Below, in pieces: positions 25,911 through 34,774 of a DNA stretch of 64,000 nucleotides; position 1 is the stretch's first letter; the number at the start of each line of letters is the position of its first letter. The stretch comes from an uncultured bacterium (GTDB taxonomy: Bacteria; Verrucomicrobiota; Kiritimatiellia; RFP12; UBA1067), in the NCBI GenBank assembly GCA_902801025.1, contig CADCGZ010000008.1, positions 10,684-74,683 of the forward strand, in the 5' to 3' direction. The notes beneath the pieces are model-generated. The model saw nothing but the letters and a program-made list of their open reading frames with translations. It ran no database searches and was not told where the DNA came from. The position numbers and the translations under genes are program-made.

Positions 25911-27722
25911 ATGAAAAATTGCGATGAAAATTTATATCCTCCTGTTTTTGCGGGGGGGGGGGTATTTCGGCTAATTAGCCCGAAAGCATTGCGTCTTGCA
26001 CTTCCTTTTCTTTGTTTTTCATTCGCATTTTCATCTTACGCAACTGACATTTTCGTCGCTCCCGAGGGAAGAGGGGCGATGACTGGCGCAGACTGGTCAA
26101 ACGCCCTGAACGGCTCGCGTGACGGATTCCACATCGACGTGAAGACCGCCATAACAACTGCCGTCGCGGGCGGCGCGACTGAAGTCAACGTCTATTTCGC
26201 GGGCGGCACCTATTCCGTCACGAACCAGCTTTCACTTAGCTCCATCACGATCCCCGTAAAACTCAGCGGCGGCTACCTCGCCGAGACGGATGGCTCGCTT
26301 GCCAAAGGCGAGACCGCGACGACTTTCTCCCGCACCGCGAACAACGTGAGGCATATAAACGCATCGTCAATGTCGGATTTGCGGATTGAGGGGATTTCGT
26401 TTAGCGGGGGATATGTTAATGGAAACGCCGAAAAGGGTGGTGCCGTTCATTTGAATGCTTCAACTACTGTTATTGCGAACTGTTTATTCGCCGGCAATCG
26501 ATTTCATGATACTAATAATGGGGCTGGGTCGTTCAGCGGAGGTGGAGCAGTTGCTGCCGAGTCGGGAAACTTGAATTTGAAGGACTGCACTTTCAACGGT
26601 AACTATCGTTCTGGCGGCAACGCCAATAACGGCACAGGAGGGGCGGTGTATGCAAAAAGCGCGAACTTGATTGTCAGCGGATGTTCTTTTTCGGGCAACT
26701 ATTTGGATGGCGCGTCGGCGCTTCCACACCTCTATGGCGGCGCCATTGGAACGTACTATGGGAATGTCACGATTACGAATTGCACATTTCAAGGCAACTA
26801 CATTAGAGGGCCATCTAAAACAAGGACGGGTAGTGGCGGTGCAATAGCAATTAGAAATGCTAAGACATTCCTGATGTCGGATTCAACATTGACTGGTAAT
26901 TATGTTGGTAATACAAGCGGAGGTACGCAAAGTAACAGTACGGGCATAATGCTTCTTGACGATCTGCTGGAGTCGGATGGCCTTATGACATCGGTTGTCG
27001 AGCGCTGCGTATTCGACTCTCGCACAGTGCCGAATACTATTAAGCCGCCTTCAGGCAGCACACAGGTTCCGGTTCAGAGCGACATGCTTGTGAGTGGAGG
27101 GCGGCTTTTCATGACAAATTGCGTTATATTTTCCGCCCGTGGTAACCATTCCTATTCGGCTTATTCGATACGGAGTCAGCAATATAGTTGTGGTAAAAAG
27201 GGGTATGGTGGTTATTCCTACGCCAATTCTGGCACATGGACATGTGCACCCTGCTCGATGGAGCTCGTCAACTGCACCATAGCCGATGGAAAGACTTATG
27301 GTGCTTACGCATTTGATGGGACGGAGATGACCCTCAAGAACTGCATTGCCTACGGGAACAGCGTATCAGGCGTCGTGAATGCAACCTCAATAGAGTATTC
27401 CTGCATCCAGGAGCCGCACGAGGGCGAGGGGAACTTTGTGCCGGAGAGCGTTGAGGCACTGAACTGGACGGGTGCACCGTACTACCATCTTCTCACAAAG
27501 AAGGCGAACGGCGCGATCACGAACGGCTGGTTCAGCGGCACATACGAGAGCGCGAGGACGGCGGCAGACAGCCCCTGCATCGACGCCGGCGCCCCGCATT
27601 CGCCGGGTCTCGACCTCGAGCCCATGCCGCACGGCCAGCGCATAAATCTCGGTGCCTACGGCGGCACTCAGTGGGCATCAATGACTTCTGGCTCCATCGG
27701 GCTTATTCTTGTCGTCAAGTAA
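25911..27722 (+). CDS. Pmp-repeat (GGA[IV]/FxxN) right-handed beta-helix surface protein
   Basis: At least four alternating GGA[IV]...FxGN pairs: GGAVHL..FAGN, GGAVAA..FNGN, GGAVYA..FSGN, GGAIGT..FQGN. Signal peptide ..LALPFLCFSFAFSSYA. The start is ATG 25911, or TTG 25989 just before the signal peptide. Confidence 0.7.
   Translation: MKNCDENLYPPVFAGGGVFRLISPKALRLALPFLCFSFAFSSYATDIFVAPEGRGAMTGADWSNALNGSRDGFHIDVKTAITTAVAGGATEVNVYFAGGTYSVTNQLSLSSITIPVKLSGGYLAETDGSLAKGETATTFSRTANNVRHINASSMSDLRIEGISFSGGYVNGNAEKGGAVHLNASTTVIANCLFAGNRFHDTNNGAGSFSGGGAVAAESGNLNLKDCTFNGNYRSGGNANNGTGGAVYAKSANLIVSGCSFSGNYLDGASALPHLYGGAIGTYYGNVTITNCTFQGNYIRGPSKTRTGSGGAIAIRNAKTFLMSDSTLTGNYVGNTSGGTQSNSTGIMLLDDLLESDGLMTSVVERCVFDSRTVPNTIKPPSGSTQVPVQSDMLVSGGRLFMTNCVIFSARGNHSYSAYSIRSQQYSCGKKGYGGYSYANSGTWTCAPCSMELVNCTIADGKTYGAYAFDGTEMTLKNCIAYGNSVSGVVNATSIEYSCIQEPHEGEGNFVPESVEALNWTGAPYYHLLTKKANGAITNGWFSGTYESARTAADSPCIDAGAPHSPGLDLEPMPHGQRINLGAYGGTQWASMTSGSIGLILVVK
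25952..25962 (+). repeat. homopolymeric G tract (11 G)
   Basis: Counted directly. Lies between ATG 25911 and the signal-peptide coding region of the Pmp-like gene and encodes AGGGV in the current frame. Confidence 0.95.
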
Positions 27723-27768
27723 GAAGCGGTTCGTGCGGTCAGGCGCAGATTGCGAGAAGGAGGTGCAG

Positions 27769-28392
27769 ATGAAAGCTGTTGGTTTTTTCTCCGTCCTGGC
27801 GGCGCTTCTCGTCGCGGCAACGGCGGCGGCCGCTGACGCCCCAGGATATACCTGCTCCATGCGTGTCGGCAATCCGGCGGCCGACGAGACCGTTTCGAAG
27901 GGCGGCGCCAAGAAAAGCAAGACTTCGCATGGAGCAAAGTCCGTAAAGACAAAGACCACCAAGAGAAGCATGTCCTGGCCTGTCTCGGTGTCGGTGCGCG
28001 GCGACAACATTCCGTCCGACGACATCAAGCTCAAGTGCTATTTCTTCGGCGTGACCAACGGCGAGCAAGAGCTGCTTGGCGAAAAGACCCTGTCCGTGGA
28101 GCTGGACGACAAAGGGAACTACAAGATGGACGTAGAGTCGCCTACCGAAAAACTCGTGCAGAAGACGATAAAGACATCTCGTCTTAAAACTGTGGGGAAG
28201 GGCGCCCATGCCACAAAGAGGGCAGTGCCGTCCGGCACGAAGTCCGTGACGACGGGGACACGTGTCACGGGATGCATCATACAGCTTGTCGTAAAGGGCA
28301 AGGTCGAGAAATCCTATGCCTCCAACTCCGGCTGGTCAAAGCTGGCCAAGGTAGATCCCGTCCAGGTCGGCGAGGTACTCAAGATAAGATAG
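27769..28392 (+). CDS. hypothetical secreted Lys/Thr-rich protein
   Basis: GGAGG 6 nt upstream of ATG 27769. Signal peptide MKAVGFFSVLAALLVAATAAAADA. No family recognised. Confidence 0.55.
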   Translation: MKAVGFFSVLAALLVAATAAAADAPGYTCSMRVGNPAADETVSKGGAKKSKTSHGAKSVKTKTTKRSMSWPVSVSVRGDNIPSDDIKLKCYFFGVTNGEQELLGEKTLSVELDDKGNYKMDVESPTEKLVQKTIKTSRLKTVGKGAHATKRAVPSGTKSVTTGTRVTGCIIQLVVKGKVEKSYASNSGWSKLAKVDPVQVGEVLKIR

Positions 28393-28409
28393 CGGCAAGG
28401 CCGCGCCCG

Positions 28410-29606
28410 TCAGCCCTTGGCGCGGAACTCGAGCATCGACATCCCGAAGCGCTTCCTGAAGAGGTGCGAGAGGTGCGTCGTGCTCTTGAACCCAGTTTCT
28501 TCGGCGATGCGCACTATGGAGCGCTCTGTCGTCTTCAGCAAATGCCGTACGCGGGATAGCCGTTCGCCCTCGATAGCCGACTTCAGCGTCTCGCCGCGCA
28601 ACTCGGCGAGCCGCAGGTCGGCGAGACGACGGGAGACGCCGAGACGCCGCGCAACCTCGCTTGGCGTTATCCCCTCGAACGCATGCTCCTTGATGAAGGC
28701 GAGGGCGTTTCTTACGAGGGACGTTGCCGGAGGTATCGGTGCCGTAGATTCCCTTGCGATCACCTTGGCTGCGGCCATGTGGATGTGGCGCTGCGCTCCT
28801 CCGCGACGTTTCGCAATCAGCGCGGCGAGTTCGGTGGCTGCCTTTTCTCCGATTGCCGCAAAGTTGGGCTGTACGCTTGAAAGCGGCGGCACGGAGAAGG
28901 GGCAGAAAAACTCGTCGTCGTCTACGCCGAGAACCGCCACCTGGCGCGGCACGTCCAGCTCGGCGACTTCGCAGGCGTCGAGGATGTGTGTCGCCCGCCA
29001 GTCGAAGGACGCCATGACTGCCGTCGGCTTGGGAAGGTCGGCGAGGAACTTTGCAAGAGCCGCTATGTCCGTTTCTGATCCGAGGTCGGCGCTGGCCGGG
29101 AACTCTGTCATCGACCGTCCTTTCTGGCGTAGTGCCTCCCGGAAGGCGTCGGCGCGTTCGTTTGACCATATTGCGTGACTCGGCAGGGAGTGGACGTAGG
29201 CGAAGGACATGAAGTTGCCGCAGGACATCAGGTGGCTCGCGCCTTTGCGGGCGATGTCCGCGTTGTCCGTCCATATAAACGACGTGTTACTGCGCTTCTC
29301 CATCGCCTTGTCGTAGATGTTCACGAAGACGGCGGGGATATCGGACTTCGCAAGGGCCGCCATGCTCTCCGACGTGCCGGGTAGGGTGATTATCAGCCCG
29401 TCCACACCCTCTCGCTTGGCGTTGGAGACCGTCTCCGCCGTGAGCTCGTCCGGCTCCTGCAGGAGCTTCAGATGGCAAGCGTGACCGTCGGAAAGATAGT
29501 TGAAGAGACCAGATAGGAACTTCCGTCCGGAAGAGTATTTGAGTCGCACGAGCACGAGAACCTTGCGAACCGTATTGAAGCGACTTTTGTCCCGTTTTTT
29601 CATCAT
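28410..29606 (-). CDS. XylR-like regulator (periplasmic-binding-protein-like sensor plus AraC-type HTH)
   Basis: The N-terminal ~270 aa are LacI/PBP-like (VLVLVRLKYSSGRKFLSGL..GLIITLPG..VLGVDDDE). The C-terminus has an AraC double HTH (ITPSEVARRLGVSRRLADLRL.., RIAEETGFKSTTHLSHLFRKRFGMS). Start taken at ATG 29606. Confidence 0.75.
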   Translation of the reverse strand: MMKKRDKSRFNTVRKVLVLVRLKYSSGRKFLSGLFNYLSDGHACHLKLLQEPDELTAETVSNAKREGVDGLIITLPGTSESMAALAKSDIPAVFVNIYDKAMEKRSNTSFIWTDNADIARKGASHLMSCGNFMSFAYVHSLPSHAIWSNERADAFREALRQKGRSMTEFPASADLGSETDIAALAKFLADLPKPTAVMASFDWRATHILDACEVAELDVPRQVAVLGVDDDEFFCPFSVPPLSSVQPNFAAIGEKAATELAALIAKRRGGAQRHIHMAAAKVIARESTAPIPPATSLVRNALAFIKEHAFEGITPSEVARRLGVSRRLADLRLAELRGETLKSAIEGERLSRVRHLLKTTERSIVRIAEETGFKSTTHLSHLFRKRFGMSMLEFRAKG

Positions 29607-29629
29607 GGCTTTCAATCCTTTTCCGCGAC

Positions 29630-29638
29630 ATTCTACCA
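29630..29638 (-). promoter_or_regulatory. candidate extended -10 (TGGTAGAAT) for the XylR-like gene
   Basis: The reverse complement of 29630-29638 reads TGGTAGAAT. A 23-nt leader with AAAGGA precedes ATG 29606. Confidence 0.4.
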
Positions 29639-29730
29639 TAACGCCGAGCAAGGCGCAATGGCTCTCGCGGGCTTCGTAAACGTTTCCAGATGAGGCATTT
29701 TGTAATTACTCGAATAGTCATCGCTTGGGC

Positions 29731-29760
29731 TTGACTTGAAGAGGGTCTTGGAGATACAAT
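29731..29760 (+). promoter_or_regulatory. candidate promoter, leaderless layout, for the GH78-like operon
   Basis: TTGACT (29731-29736), 18-nt spacer, TACAAT (29755-29760), then 7 nt to ATG 29768. Confidence 0.5.
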
Positions 29761-29767
29761 AGACACA

Positions 29768-31402
29768 ATGATTGCCAAGAGATATTGCAAAACCATTGCG
29801 GCGGCATGTGGCCTGCTGTGTCTCGGCACATTTGCCACGGGCGGAGATCGCCCAAGCGACGCGTGTCCGGCCCTGCGCGAGAGGACGCTCAAGCCAGTCG
29901 CGCTCGTCAAGGTCGAACGGTCGGAAGGGGCTTTCCAGGGGTGGCGGGCATCGCGTTCGGGCACCACGGGCTCTGCCTTTGGGCGTCCGCTCGTACGAGG
30001 CGACGAATTCATTTTCGACTTCGGCGAGCATCTCGTAGGATACGTCAAGCTGGAACTCGGCGACATTGACCGGCCTGTCGACGCGCCCGTCCGGCTCGAT
30101 CTCTCGTTTGCCGAGGTGCCCTCGGAAATCGGGGAGGGGCGCGAAGGTGCCGCGTCACTCGGCACCATTTCCCCGTCGTGGATACAGGACGAGACTGTGA
30201 CGATCGACGAAGTGCCCTCCGTCTTCGAGGTGTCGCGCCGCTTCGCGTTCAGATATATGCGCCTGCGCGTCAGGGCCTGCTCCAACGGCGGTAGGTTCTC
30301 GCTTCGCGGTGTCTCCGCGCGTGCAGTGAGCTCTGCGGATCTATCGGCTTTCAGGCCGATTCCAAGCGCGTCGCCCGAAGACGACGCGATAGACCGCGTC
30401 GCGGCGGCCACGCTGCGCGACTCCATGCAGACCTGCCTTGAGGACGGGCCCAAGCGCGATAGGCGCCTCTGGCTCGGCGACCTTCGGCTTCAGGCGCTTG
30501 CGAACTACGCCACCTTTCGCAACTACGAAGTAGTAAGACGTTCGCTTTTTCTTCTCGCGGAATGTGCGTCCTCCGACGGCGCTCCTGCGACTGCGGTGTT
30601 CGAACGCCCGACGCCGCGCAGCTCGAACGGCAGGAGAATACTCGACTACACCGCGCTCTTCCCCGCGACTGTGCTGGAGTATATGCGCGCAAGCGGCGAC
30701 ACCGAGGCCGCAAGGCGGCTGTGGCCGACTGCGAAGGCGGCCTGCGAGACGGTCCTCTCCGCTGTAGACGAGACTGGGCTTGTCCGTGCCGACAACGGTT
30801 TCTGGAATTTCATCGACTGGCAGGACGGATTCGACCGACAGGCCTCCGAGCAGGGGGCAATAGTCTTCGGGCTCGACCGCGCCTACGAGCTCGCGCGCGC
30901 GCTTGGGCGAGAGAAAGAGGTCGCGCACCTGCCGGGAATCGCCGCGAAGATGCGCACACGAGCAGTGGAAGCGCTTTGGGATGGCAGTCGCGGCGTCTGG
31001 AAGAGCGGGCGCGACGGGAACGTGTCCTGGATGAGCCAGGCCTACATGTCTATTTGCGGCGCGGGAACGCCGGAGATGCGGCGCGGGGCGCTTGAGCGCG
31101 TGACGGACATGCCCGATGCCGTGCGCCCCCGAACGCCCTATGCCTACCACTATTTCGTCGAGGGGCTGTGGTGCGCGGGCATGAAGTCCGAGGCGCTTGC
31201 GCTCGTGAGGGAATACTGGGGCGGCATGGTGAAGAAGGGCGCCGACACTTTCTGGGAATGCTATGACCCTTCGGACGACATGGCATCTCCCTACCGAAGC
31301 ATCCTCCTCAACTCGTATTGCCATGCCTGGAGCTGCACTCCGTCGTATTGGTTGCGTCGCGCAAGAGAGGAAGGCGTGGAGAAAAGGACAAACGTCAGAT
31401 AG
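29768..31402 (+). CDS. six-hairpin glycosidase, GH78 (alpha-L-rhamnosidase)-like
   Basis: GPKRDRRLWLGDLRLQA resembles the RER.GW.GD block. C-terminal FWECYDP...NSYCHAWSCTPSYW resembles the rhamnosidase six-hairpin domain end. Divergent from the XylR-like gene. Confidence 0.5.
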   Translation: MIAKRYCKTIAAACGLLCLGTFATGGDRPSDACPALRERTLKPVALVKVERSEGAFQGWRASRSGTTGSAFGRPLVRGDEFIFDFGEHLVGYVKLELGDIDRPVDAPVRLDLSFAEVPSEIGEGREGAASLGTISPSWIQDETVTIDEVPSVFEVSRRFAFRYMRLRVRACSNGGRFSLRGVSARAVSSADLSAFRPIPSASPEDDAIDRVAAATLRDSMQTCLEDGPKRDRRLWLGDLRLQALANYATFRNYEVVRRSLFLLAECASSDGAPATAVFERPTPRSSNGRRILDYTALFPATVLEYMRASGDTEAARRLWPTAKAACETVLSAVDETGLVRADNGFWNFIDWQDGFDRQASEQGAIVFGLDRAYELARALGREKEVAHLPGIAAKMRTRAVEALWDGSRGVWKSGRDGNVSWMSQAYMSICGAGTPEMRRGALERVTDMPDAVRPRTPYAYHYFVEGLWCAGMKSEALALVREYWGGMVKKGADTFWECYDPSDDMASPYRSILLNSYCHAWSCTPSYWLRRAREEGVEKRTNVR

Positions 31403-31415
31403 AAAGGATCTGGAC

Positions 31416-32819
31416 ATGGTTGACAGGAGGGGATTCATCGGCGGCGCGGCGGCGTTTCTCGTCTCGGGCTGCAAGACGGGCGGGTGGCTTGTCGGAACGC
31501 CGCGACTCAGGTTTGGCGTCGTGAGCGATACGCACGTCACGACGCCTGCCTCGTGCGAAATGACGGAACGGGCGTTCCGTTACTTCAAGCAGCGCGGCGC
31601 AGACGCCGTGGTGATTCCAGGCGACTTGACCGACTGGGGGCTTTCGAGCGGGCTCGAATACTTGAAGGCGACTTGGGATAGGGTGTTCGCCGGGACGGAC
31701 GTCGCGCCGCTTTTCTGCACTGGCAACCACGACTTCGACGGCTATTGGTATGGCGACATGACGATGGAGATGCACGCCAACGGCTATTCCGAGCGCGAAT
31801 CATTGAAAAGGCGCGGCATGGCCGGGGAGTGGGAGCGCGTCTTTGGCGAGAAATACGCGCCGATTCGCACGAGGACGGTGAAGGGGTATGACTTTGTGTC
31901 GGCGGAGTGGAATTCGTTCGACAAGTTCCCCGAGTGGATGGCCGAAAACGGCAGTCGCCTCCATGGGGAAAAGCCGTTCTTCTTCTTCCAGCATCCGCCT
32001 GTGCGCGGCACCACTTCCGACAGCGGCGGATGGGACGACAAGGGCGCGGCGTTTGGCGCATTGAAGGAGTTCCCGAATGCGATTGCGTTCACCGGCCACA
32101 CGCATCGCCCGTTTATCGACGAGCGTTCGATCTGGCAAGGCGAATTTACGGTCATCGCCACTCCGTCGCTTTCCTATGCGTCCCTCCCCCCCGGCCATGA
32201 AAACGGCGGCGGGAAGAGGGACGGCACCTCCGTCCAGGCGATGCCCATGATTCCCTGCAGGCGCGACCACAGGGGCGGGCAGGGATATTTCGTTTCCGTA
32301 TATGACGACAGGATGGTAGTAGAGCGCATCGACATCGAGGAAGGCGGCGCCGAGGGTGCGCCTGCCTGGATCGTTTCTCTCGTCGGTTCGGAGAAGCCGT
32401 ATGGCTTCGAGACCCGCGCGGCCGCGTCGGTTGCGCCGCGCTTCCCGGCAGGCGCAGGACTGTCCCTTTCGACGCGCAACACCGAGAATAGGTCGGGCAA
32501 ATGGACGATTGTCATGGATTGCCGGTTTCCGGCCGCGATTGTGCCAGAGGGGTGCCGCGTGTTTGACTACGAGATACGGGCCGTGCCGGACGACGGTTCG
32601 GAGCCCCTCGTCAAGAAGTTCCTTTCGCCGGCCTATCCGCTCTTGGCGAAGTACGAGCCGAAGACAATGCGGTTCTGGTTCGACGTTGCGGAGCTGCCGC
32701 AGGACGTCGACTACCGACTTGAAGTGCGGGCGTTCAACTGCTTCGGAAAGTCGTCAGAGCCGATCGTCTCCGGCATCTGGCACTCTGTCCCGGGGCTTGA
32801 AAAGGTAGTGGATAAGTAG
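31416..32819 (+). CDS. Tat-signal metallophosphoesterase
   Basis: Start at ATG 31416 (MVDRRGFIGGAAAFLVSGC). Calcineurin-like blocks GVVSDTHV, GDLTDWG, GNHD, GHTH. The tracked 31263 start lies inside the upstream gene. Confidence 0.75.
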   Translation: MVDRRGFIGGAAAFLVSGCKTGGWLVGTPRLRFGVVSDTHVTTPASCEMTERAFRYFKQRGADAVVIPGDLTDWGLSSGLEYLKATWDRVFAGTDVAPLFCTGNHDFDGYWYGDMTMEMHANGYSERESLKRRGMAGEWERVFGEKYAPIRTRTVKGYDFVSAEWNSFDKFPEWMAENGSRLHGEKPFFFFQHPPVRGTTSDSGGWDDKGAAFGALKEFPNAIAFTGHTHRPFIDERSIWQGEFTVIATPSLSYASLPPGHENGGGKRDGTSVQAMPMIPCRRDHRGGQGYFVSVYDDRMVVERIDIEEGGAEGAPAWIVSLVGSEKPYGFETRAAASVAPRFPAGAGLSLSTRNTENRSGKWTIVMDCRFPAAIVPEGCRVFDYEIRAVPDDGSEPLVKKFLSPAYPLLAKYEPKTMRFWFDVAELPQDVDYRLEVRAFNCFGKSSEPIVSGIWHSVPGLEKVVDK

Positions 32820-32914
32820 ATGAGAACTTTGTGAGGAACAATTCTTGCGGCGACTGTCTTCGGAATTTGCTTCACGCCAGAGCTTTGCTCATTCGTAGAA
32901 AGGAGATTGTCCAA

Positions 32915-34672
32915 ATGAGAGATTCGGGAAATGGGTGCGGAATGGTCTGTATGGCGATGCTTGTCGCTGCGGCTTCGTTCTTCCCTGCGCTTTCGGCGCA
33001 CGGCGCGTCCGACGTGCGCGACTTCGGAGTGTCGGGGGACGAATACCTCGATCTTGTGGAGGCCGCCGTGGCGGCGTATCCCGACGACCATGTCGAGGAT
33101 TACATCGACGACGCGGACAGGAACGGGGTGCATGAGCACGGCTTTCCGCGCCTGGCGGCGAACATCGCCGCGCTCGTCTCCGCCGGACGCCACGGCGAAT
33201 GGTCTGGAAGGCTCCGCCGGATGATGGACATCTGCTGCCGCGACGCGAAGAAGGGGCTTATGAAGAAAGAGGGCAACGAGTTCTCCGTCAAGGAGCTTGT
33301 GGCCGCCGTCCTGGACCTCGAAAAGGCGCAGATATTCCCGAAAGAGACGACGGACGGATGGCGGCGCGATCTGTCGGACATCGACCCGTGGCGGTGCTAT
33401 CGCGTGAAGCCCGATGTCGGCGACGCCAAGCGTTCTTACAACTGGTGCATCTTCGGGTGCGCCAGCGAGCAGACGAGGCTGTCTGCCGGGATGGGCGGAG
33501 ACAGGTCGTTCGTCGAGAGGTACGTCCCCGACCAGATGCGGTGGTTTGACGAGAACTCGATGTGGCGCGATCCGCACGAGCCTTTCGCGTACGACTTCGT
33601 GACGCGGCTCCAGTACGCCATCATACTTTCGTGCGGGTACGACGGGCCGATGCGCCAGGAGCTGGAGCGGCGAATGGACGTCGGCGTCGAGCCCACGCTC
33701 GCGATGCAGTCGGCGGCGGGGGAGATTCCGTACGGCGGGCGCAGCAACCAGTTCCTGCACAACGACACGCTGTACGCGGCGCTTTGCGAATGGTACGCGT
33801 CCCGCGCAATCCGGCGCGGCGACAGGAAGACGGCCGCGCGCTTCAGGTCGGCTGCGGCCCGGGCGGTGGCTTCGGTGCGCCGCTGGCTTGGCGAGAAGCC
33901 GGTCTGCCACGTCAAGAACCGCTATCCGCGCTCGTGGAAGCGAGGCTCGGGAATCGGGTGCGAGCACTACGCCTACTTCGACAAGTACATGGTCACGATG
34001 GGTTCGTGGGCAGTCCTTGCTAGGCGGTTTGCCATCGACGAGCCGCTTCCGGAAGTCGAGGAGGAGAAGACTCTTGCGTTCGAGACGTCCACGTATTTCC
34101 ACTGCGTGTTCCTTCGCGCCGGGGATTATTCCGCCCAGTTCGACTACAACGCCGACACTAATTACGACTGCGACGGGCTTGGGCGTCTGCACAGAAAGGG
34201 GGCGCCAACGCAGATATGCATTGGCACGCCATGTGCCGCAAAGCCCATGTATTCGACGGAGATGCCAAACACATCGCCCCTCGCGATTATCCCCGTCTCA
34301 GACGCGAAGTTCGTTCCTGCGGGCTCTGGGAGGGACGACAATACGGCCTGGTCGAAGTGGAAGGTCGGCGAACTTGAGTGGGACTGCCGCCTTTCCGATA
34401 AAGGACTGTCCACCTCTCTGCGCGGAATGGGCGGCCTCGCGGTGAAGCTGCCGGCGTTCGCCTTCGACGGTGCCGCCGAAACTGAAATCCGCTGCGACGG
34501 AAAGTGGCTGTCCGTGCGCTACCGCGGCTGGGAGTGTGCATACGAAACCGACGGCGGGATCGCCGACACGGGAACCGTCTGCTGCAACAGAAACGGACGC
34601 TACCGGGTGTTCGAGGCGCGAGGTAAGGACGCGCTTTGCGTCAAGGTCGAGATCCGTCCGATTGGCCAGTAA
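32915..34672 (+). CDS. hypothetical secreted protein (possibly glycan-active; family not recognised)
   Basis: AAAGGAG upstream of ATG 32915. Signal peptide. Last gene of the second CAZyme operon. Any polysaccharide-lyase resemblance is only a guess. Confidence 0.55.
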   Translation: MRDSGNGCGMVCMAMLVAAASFFPALSAHGASDVRDFGVSGDEYLDLVEAAVAAYPDDHVEDYIDDADRNGVHEHGFPRLAANIAALVSAGRHGEWSGRLRRMMDICCRDAKKGLMKKEGNEFSVKELVAAVLDLEKAQIFPKETTDGWRRDLSDIDPWRCYRVKPDVGDAKRSYNWCIFGCASEQTRLSAGMGGDRSFVERYVPDQMRWFDENSMWRDPHEPFAYDFVTRLQYAIILSCGYDGPMRQELERRMDVGVEPTLAMQSAAGEIPYGGRSNQFLHNDTLYAALCEWYASRAIRRGDRKTAARFRSAAARAVASVRRWLGEKPVCHVKNRYPRSWKRGSGIGCEHYAYFDKYMVTMGSWAVLARRFAIDEPLPEVEEEKTLAFETSTYFHCVFLRAGDYSAQFDYNADTNYDCDGLGRLHRKGAPTQICIGTPCAAKPMYSTEMPNTSPLAIIPVSDAKFVPAGSGRDDNTAWSKWKVGELEWDCRLSDKGLSTSLRGMGGLAVKLPAFAFDGAAETEIRCDGKWLSVRYRGWECAYETDGGIADTGTVCCNRNGRYRVFEARGKDALCVKVEIRPIGQ

Positions 34673-34710
34673 TCTTTTGCAGGGCAAACATGGCTGTGTG
34701 TTCTCCGAAG

Positions 34711-34741
34711 CGGCTGTTTCCGGGCGGGCGCTGAAACAGGC
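34711..34741 (+). repeat. 31-nt conserved hairpin element, copy 2
   Basis: CGGCTGTTTCCGGGCGGGCGCTGAAACAGGC. 7-bp stem CTGTTTC/GAAACAG with a 12-nt loop. Lies 39 nt after the stop of the last gene of the second CAZyme operon. Confidence 0.8.
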
Positions 34742-34774
34742 GCGGGAAATCCGCCGCGATAGGAATTACATAGG

